Source: a virus (Duplodnaviria > Heunggongvirae > Uroviricota > Caudoviricetes). From it: a DNA stretch of 64,000 bases. A model generated the notes under the pieces. That model was not told the DNA's origin. It searched no databases and saw only the letters and a list, made by a program, of their open reading frames with translations. The stretch is taken from the IMG/VR virus record IMGVR_UViG_3300020714_000006. One strand, written 5' to 3'. The position numbers and the translations under genes were made by a program. This document shows, piece after piece, positions 58,540 to 64,000 of the stretch (positions are counted from its first letter, which is position 1; each line of letters opens with the position of its first letter).

Positions 58540-58925
58540 GTTACGTCGATGCGATCTTTGATCGTGATAGTGATTATATCAAAGTAGTAGAACGAAATAA
58601 ACATGGTAATAGGGAATTTAGAGAGTTCCCAGTTAAACATACCTTTTATTTTGCAGATCAAAAAGGTAAATATCAATCAATTTATGGTACATCAGTTACC
58701 AAAGTTGTTTGTAAGAATACAAGAGACTTTCGTAAAGAAATGTCTGTCAACAACAATAAACAATTATTTGAAGCCGACCTTAATCCAACATTTGTTTGTT
58801 TAAGTGAAAATTATCTTAACCAAGATGCCCCAAAGTTAAATGTAGCTTGGTTTGATATCGAAACTGATATGCAACCATTTGCAGTATCATCACAACATAT
58901 GGTAAAAATAAGAAAAAAACAATAA
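58536..58925 (+). CDS. family B DNA polymerase, N-terminal fragment
   Basis: MSYVDA..., ExoI motif WFDIETD near the C-terminus. Confidence 0.85.
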   Translation: MSYVDAIFDRDSDYIKVVERNKHGNREFREFPVKHTFYFADQKGKYQSIYGTSVTKVVCKNTRDFRKEMSVNNNKQLFEADLNPTFVCLSENYLNQDAPKLNVAWFDIETDMQPFAVSSQHMVKIRKKQ

Positions 58926-58975
58926 TTGTTTGATATTGAAGTAATATTGATAAATAAATTATAGGAGATCTTACT

Positions 58976-59716
58976 ATGAATTATTTAAGAATATATAATG
59001 ATATAATTAATACAGCACAATTACAACAAAGAACTAAAAATATACAGTTAGAAAAACACCATATAATACCACGTAGCTGCGGTGGCAATGATAACGAAAC
59101 AAATACAGTATTATTAACTACTCGTGAACATTTCATATGTCATTTATTACTAGTTAAAATTTATAAAGACACCCCCATATTTTATAAAAAAATGATATAT
59201 GCATTATGGTGGATGTCAAAAACTAGAAATGGATACAATAATTATCGTGTAAATAGCCATACATATGCCGCCGCACGGGTTAATTTTGTTGAACATAATC
59301 CAAATAAATGTCTAGAACGGAAACAAAAGTTTTTAGAAAATCATAAAGCTGGTCTTTACAAATATGATTATAATATAGTAAGTAATTCATTAAAATCTAC
59401 ATTATCTTTGATGTCAACAGAAGAAATAAAATTACGTATGAAAAATTCAGTTCAAAAATGTGATCATATAAAACGTGGTATTTCTATAAAAAAGGGAAAA
59501 AGTTCTACTTTTTTATTGACAACTACTGATAATCAGACAATTGAGTTCACATCTTACGATGACGTAATGTCTATAACTGGATACACATATAGACAATTAA
59601 AGTATAGATTAACTCATTATAATGGTTTATTATCTAATGGATGTGTTGTAACGTGTATTTCAAAATATCGAGGGAACGATGGAAATATTGGAAGAAAGAG
59701 AAATAACAGTATTTGA
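58976..59716 (+). CDS. HNH homing endonuclease
   Basis: EKHHIIPRSCGG....N.V.LT.REHF..H.LL. Confidence 0.85.
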   Translation: MNYLRIYNDIINTAQLQQRTKNIQLEKHHIIPRSCGGNDNETNTVLLTTREHFICHLLLVKIYKDTPIFYKKMIYALWWMSKTRNGYNNYRVNSHTYAAARVNFVEHNPNKCLERKQKFLENHKAGLYKYDYNIVSNSLKSTLSLMSTEEIKLRMKNSVQKCDHIKRGISIKKGKSSTFLLTTTDNQTIEFTSYDDVMSITGYTYRQLKYRLTHYNGLLSNGCVVTCISKYRGNDGNIGRKRNNSI

Positions 59717-62138
59717 ATTAAGTAGAATACAAAATAAAGATGATTATGAAGTATATGATGATATATCAAAACAATGGGTTAGTATATCAGGTAGTCGATA
59801 CTTACAACCAGGTCCTGGATATGCTGCACCAGATGATGCATTTATGCCAATTACTGCGATTGCTGTCCACCTACAATGGTTAGATACATTAATTTGTCTT
59901 GCTGTTCCGCCAAAAACATTAACAATGGCAGAAGCAGAGGAACAAGTTAAAGAATTTCCAAATACATTATTATTTAAAACAGAAGCAGAACTGCTTGATA
60001 CATTCTTAGATTTAATTAAAGATGCTGATGTATTAAGTGGGTGGAACAGTGAAGGGTTTGATATACCATATACTGTAAATCGTGTTACTAAAGTATTGTC
60101 TAAAAATGATACTAGACGGTTTTGTTTATGGGATCAATTTCCAAAACGTAGAGAATACGAAAAATATGGAAAAGATGCTGTAACATATGATTTTGTAGGT
60201 CGTGTTCATATGGATAGTCTTGAATTGTATAGAAAATATACTTATGAAGAAAGACATAGTTACCGATTAGATGCAATTGCTGAATATGAATTAGGTGAGC
60301 ATAAAACTGAATATGAAGGTACCCTTGACCAGTTATATAACAATGATTTTAAAAAATTTATTGAATATAATAGACAAGATACTATGCTACTTGAGAAACT
60401 TGATAGAAAATTAAAGTTTCTAGATTTAGCTAATACATTGGCACATGAAAATACTGTATTATTACAAACTACGATGGGTGCGGTTGCTGTAACAGAACAG
60501 GCAATCATTAATGAAGCCCATCATAGAGGTTTTCAAGTTCCAAATCGTTTAAAAGGTGATAAAAACGAAAGTGAAATGGCCGCCGGTGCATATGTTGCAT
60601 ATCCAAAAGAAGGTGTACACGATTGGATTGGATCATTAGATATTAACTCTTTGTATCCATCTGTTATTCGTGCATTAAACATGGGGCCTGAAACAATTGT
60701 TGGTCAACTACGTCAGGATATGACAACTGCATTCTTGCAAGCTGAAATTGCTAAAGGTAAAAAAATTACTGCTGCATGGGAAGGTATATTTGGTAGTTTA
60801 GAATATACGGCAGTAATGAACAAAGAATTTGGAACACAAATTACTATTGATTGGGAAGATGGTACTAGTGATATTGCAAGTGCTGATAGAATATATCAAA
60901 TAATATTTGAATCAAATCAACCTTGGATGATGAGTGCGAATGGAACTATCTTTACTTATGAAAGAGAAGGTATTATTCCTGGATTATTGAAAAGATGGTA
61001 CGCTGAACGTAAGGATATGCAAAAGAAACTAAAAGAAGCTATTGCTACCGGTGATAAAGAAGCAGAAGAATATTGGGATAAACGACAGTTAGTTAAGAAA
61101 ATTAACCTTAATAGTTTATATGGTGCTATTCTTAACCAGGGATGTAGGTTTTTTGATAAACGAATTGGCCAATCAACTACCTTAACTGGTAGGCAAATTG
61201 CTAAACATATGGCCGGTACTGTTAATGAAATTATAACAGGTGAATATAACCACGTTGGCAAAGCTATTATTTATGGTGATACTGATTCATGTTATTTTTC
61301 AGCTTATTCCACATTAAAAAAAGATATTGATGCTGGACATATACCATGGTCTAAAGAAGATATTTCATCTTTGTATGATCAAATTGGTGAAGATGTTAAC
61401 CAAACATTTGCAAAATTTATGTTAAATTCATTTCATTGCCCATTATCACGTGGCGATGTTATTAAAGCTGGACGTGAAATAGTTGGGGTAAAAGGTTTAT
61501 TTATTACTAAAAAACGTTATGCTGTTCTTGTTTATGATAAAGAAGGTAAACGAAAAGATAAAGATGGTAAACCTGGTGAAATTAAAGCAATGGGATTAGA
61601 TTTAAAAAGATCTGATACCCCAGAATTTATGCAAAATTTCTTAAGTGAAATATTAGAAATGGTATTAACTGGTACTACTGAACAAGAAGTTTTAGATAAG
61701 ATTACTTCTTTTAGAATGTTATTTAAAACAAGACCAGGTTGGGAAAAAGGTAGTCCAAAACGAGCCAATAATGTTACAAAATACCGAGATTTGGAAGAGA
61801 AAAAAGGCAAAGCTAATATGCCAGGGCATGTAAGAGCTAGTATTAATTGGAATGTACTAAAAACACTATTTGGTGACAAATACTCAATGAATATAACAGA
61901 TGGTGCAAAAGTTATTGTGTGCAAACTTAAAGCAAATCCATTAGGATTTACTAGTGTAGCATACCCAGTTGATGAATTGCGATTACCACAATGGTTCAAA
62001 GACTTGCCATTTGAACATTCAGAAATGGAATCTGTAATTATTGATAAGAAAATATCAAATCTAATTGGTGTATTAAAATGGGATTTGTTAAGTACCAATG
62101 AAAAAACATCAGCGGATGATTTGTTTACATTTTATTAA
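59679..62138 (+). CDS. family B DNA polymerase, C-terminal fragment
   Basis: GWNSEGFDIPY, YN..D, DINSLYPS, KINLNSLYG, YGDTDS, KKRY. Confidence 0.95.
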   Translation: MEILEEREITVFELSRIQNKDDYEVYDDISKQWVSISGSRYLQPGPGYAAPDDAFMPITAIAVHLQWLDTLICLAVPPKTLTMAEAEEQVKEFPNTLLFKTEAELLDTFLDLIKDADVLSGWNSEGFDIPYTVNRVTKVLSKNDTRRFCLWDQFPKRREYEKYGKDAVTYDFVGRVHMDSLELYRKYTYEERHSYRLDAIAEYELGEHKTEYEGTLDQLYNNDFKKFIEYNRQDTMLLEKLDRKLKFLDLANTLAHENTVLLQTTMGAVAVTEQAIINEAHHRGFQVPNRLKGDKNESEMAAGAYVAYPKEGVHDWIGSLDINSLYPSVIRALNMGPETIVGQLRQDMTTAFLQAEIAKGKKITAAWEGIFGSLEYTAVMNKEFGTQITIDWEDGTSDIASADRIYQIIFESNQPWMMSANGTIFTYEREGIIPGLLKRWYAERKDMQKKLKEAIATGDKEAEEYWDKRQLVKKINLNSLYGAILNQGCRFFDKRIGQSTTLTGRQIAKHMAGTVNEIITGEYNHVGKAIIYGDTDSCYFSAYSTLKKDIDAGHIPWSKEDISSLYDQIGEDVNQTFAKFMLNSFHCPLSRGDVIKAGREIVGVKGLFITKKRYAVLVYDKEGKRKDKDGKPGEIKAMGLDLKRSDTPEFMQNFLSEILEMVLTGTTEQEVLDKITSFRMLFKTRPGWEKGSPKRANNVTKYRDLEEKKGKANMPGHVRASINWNVLKTLFGDKYSMNITDGAKVIVCKLKANPLGFTSVAYPVDELRLPQWFKDLPFEHSEMESVIIDKKISNLIGVLKWDLLSTNEKTSADDLFTFY

Positions 62139-62195
62139 AAAACTAGTTGACAATAATAATAAAATAAAGTATAATATACAAAAATAAGGAAATAT

Positions 62196-62927
62196 ATGAA
62201 AGATTTTTTACAAGATTTAGTAGCACATACACATTCACTTGGTGTTCTACCAGATATTAGAGTAAAAGTTACTGATGATAACGCATTAATTGATGCACTA
62301 TCAGATGATAGACGTGTTATTTTGCAAGCAGCAACACATTCTGCTATACCTGAATTAACTGGTAATTTTGGAATGACTAATCTGCACAAATTAGATTTGC
62401 ATTTAAAATGTCCAGAATACAGAGATAATGCAATCATAACATTAACTGTTGAACCAAGAGGTGGTGATAATATTCCAACCGGAATTCATTTTCAAAATGA
62501 AAGTGGTGATTACCAAAATGATTTTAGATTTATGAATATAAACTTGTTAGATTTATCTATGAAATCATCTAGTGTTAATATCTCAAATTGGGATATTGAA
62601 TTTCAACCAACACAAGCAAATATCCAACGATTTAAATATCAGGTATCCGCGCATACGGAAGAAACACTGTTTCAGGTATCAACTAAAGATAATAATTTAA
62701 TATTTAGTTTTGGTGATCTTAACACACATGCTGGTAGCTTTGTGTTCCAAACAAACGTTACTGGAACTATTAAAGGTGAGTGGTTATGGCCAAAATCTAC
62801 AATATTAAATGTATTGAACTTAGATGGTGATAAATTTGTAAAAATTACTGATAAAGGTGCATTTCAAATTACAGTCGATAGTGGAATAACATTATATAAT
62901 TATATATTTAAAGCTCACGTAAAATAA
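62196..62927 (+). CDS. sliding clamp (gp45/PCNA-like)
   Basis: 243 aa, follows polB, clamp loader present in window. Confidence 0.6.
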   Translation: MKDFLQDLVAHTHSLGVLPDIRVKVTDDNALIDALSDDRRVILQAATHSAIPELTGNFGMTNLHKLDLHLKCPEYRDNAIITLTVEPRGGDNIPTGIHFQNESGDYQNDFRFMNINLLDLSMKSSSVNISNWDIEFQPTQANIQRFKYQVSAHTEETLFQVSTKDNNLIFSFGDLNTHAGSFVFQTNVTGTIKGEWLWPKSTILNVLNLDGDKFVKITDKGAFQITVDSGITLYNYIFKAHVK

Positions 62928-62936
62928 GGAAATTTT

Positions 62937-63296
62937 ATGACAAACAAAGAAGAATTAGATTTAGAACAATTTGTTGATATGTTTGATACAGCAATGAATT
63001 CTGATAACCCAGCAGTACAAAGATGTTTTAATAATTTATTGATGGTTGTAGCATTAGCACATGCTGAAGACAAAGAAAGACAGATAGGCCCATTTCGTAC
63101 ACTAACAACACATATTAAGCAGCTAACTAATAGAATAGATGATCTTGAACGTGTTATACGTAATATGCAAACAATTGGACCAGCTGGAACACCATACACA
63201 TCAATTAATACTGGTATGCCTCCATCATATGTTAGTTATAGTTATACTGTGCCAAATGGTGGCGCAACATCAATTTCAAATACAAGTATCAATTAA
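62937..63296 (+). CDS. hypothetical protein
   Basis: ORF with RBS. Confidence 0.5.
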   Translation: MTNKEELDLEQFVDMFDTAMNSDNPAVQRCFNNLLMVVALAHAEDKERQIGPFRTLTTHIKQLTNRIDDLERVIRNMQTIGPAGTPYTSINTGMPPSYVSYSYTVPNGGATSISNTSIN

Positions 63297-63349
63297 TTTA
63301 AACCCGCTACAATGTAGCATTACAAACCACAAAAAGAAAGGAAGCTATT

Positions 63350-63610
63350 ATGGCTAAAAATTACAGATCATTTTCATATTTTGAATCACGCCCAGACATC
63401 GTAAAGTTATTTGAAGATCTCGAAGCATTTCATGACTTCTGTCGTATTGAACTTAGAAAGTTTGACCCAGCAGAATTATATCGTAAAGATTCAAAGTCAT
63501 ATGGTGCTTATTTGGCAAGTAAACGCCCAAAGAAACCATATCAAGGAAACAAACCTTGGAATAATAATCCTAATTATACTAATAACAAACCAAAGTTTGT
63601 TAAAAAGTAA
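63350..63610 (+). CDS. hypothetical protein
   Basis: ORF with RBS followed by terminator. Confidence 0.55.
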   Translation: MAKNYRSFSYFESRPDIVKLFEDLEAFHDFCRIELRKFDPAELYRKDSKSYGAYLASKRPKKPYQGNKPWNNNPNYTNNKPKFVKK

Positions 63611-63618
63611 TCTAGTAT

Positions 63619-63644
63619 GGTAGGGAGAAATCCCTACCTTTTTC
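63619..63644 (+). terminator. intrinsic terminator
   Basis: GGTAGGGA-GAAA-TCCCTACC-TTTTT. Confidence 0.75.
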
Positions 63645-63655
63645 AAGGCAGACAC

Positions 63656-64000
63656 ATGACATTATTACCACCCCTTACTATCAGCAATACAACTACAGGA
63701 ACTTCTGCGAATTCCACATGGATTGCTAATCACCCATGGGTTAATGGGAATGTAAATATTGGAGCTTCCCAAAAAATATTTTCAGCTTCAAATGGAAAGG
63801 CAGTTATAGAAATACCAGTCAATCAAGAAACCGTAAAAATTTCTGGTAAATTATTACTAAATGAAGAAGATATTGATGAAAGATTAAAAAGAATCGAAGA
63901 TATGTTGTATATTCCAAGCAGAAATGCTATAATGGAACAGAAGTATGATAAGCTCAAGCAGTTATGGGCAGAATATAATGAAACCCTCTCAGCACTTAAA
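63656..64000 (+). CDS. hypothetical protein, runs off window
   Basis: open frame from ATG 63656 to window end. Confidence 0.45.
   Translation, partial: MTLLPPLTISNTTTGTSANSTWIANHPWVNGNVNIGASQKIFSASNGKAVIEIPVNQETVKISGKLLLNEEDIDERLKRIEDMLYIPSRNAIMEQKYDKLKQLWAEYNETLSALK

Noticed and set aside
58900-59810. Functional split intein or intron in polB
   Set aside because: No N-terminal Cys/Ser block, no HN-C/S/T junction, intergenic gaps too short for a ribozyme

Overview
This is an AT-rich segment of a large (jumbo-type) tailed bacteriophage genome using the standard genetic code, with consensus sigma70 promoters and T4-like late (TAAATA) motifs. An Lpp/OprI-type lipoprotein and spanin-like genes point to a Gram-negative, probably gammaproteobacterial, host. 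The first ~11.5 kb is a tRNA/ncRNA region with 12 intact tRNAs plus several atypical ones. It is followed by RNA-repair and translation genes (split TROVE/DUF2828-vWA protein, metallophosphoesterases, Rnl1-type RNA ligase, IF-1), proteostasis genes (PpiC, two GroES, ClpP, ClpA/B, DnaJ), DNA ligase, UvsE, virion proteins, a lysis cassette, clamp loader, PolB and sliding clamp, with about 11 free-standing endonuclease ORFs interspersed. Four observations stand out. (1) Eight small RNAs share a terminal 7-8 bp stem plus an unpaired CAGCA(A) motif. They carry tRNA-mimic cargo (anticodon hairpins, one circularly permuted tRNA body) and run up to the leader of the TROVE/DUF2828 gene, suggesting a Ro60/Y-RNA-like system. 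(2) A 42-codon leader ORF containing all 20 amino acids is coupled to an antiterminator/terminator switch in front of the tRNA array. (3) Three protein genes and one tRNA are fractured by endonuclease ORFs; the clamp loader uses a split intein, while PolB and TROVE have non-intein appended tails. (4) A covarying two-hairpin leader is shared by seven endonuclease genes. All calls are by eye from motifs; no database searches or folding calculations were run.
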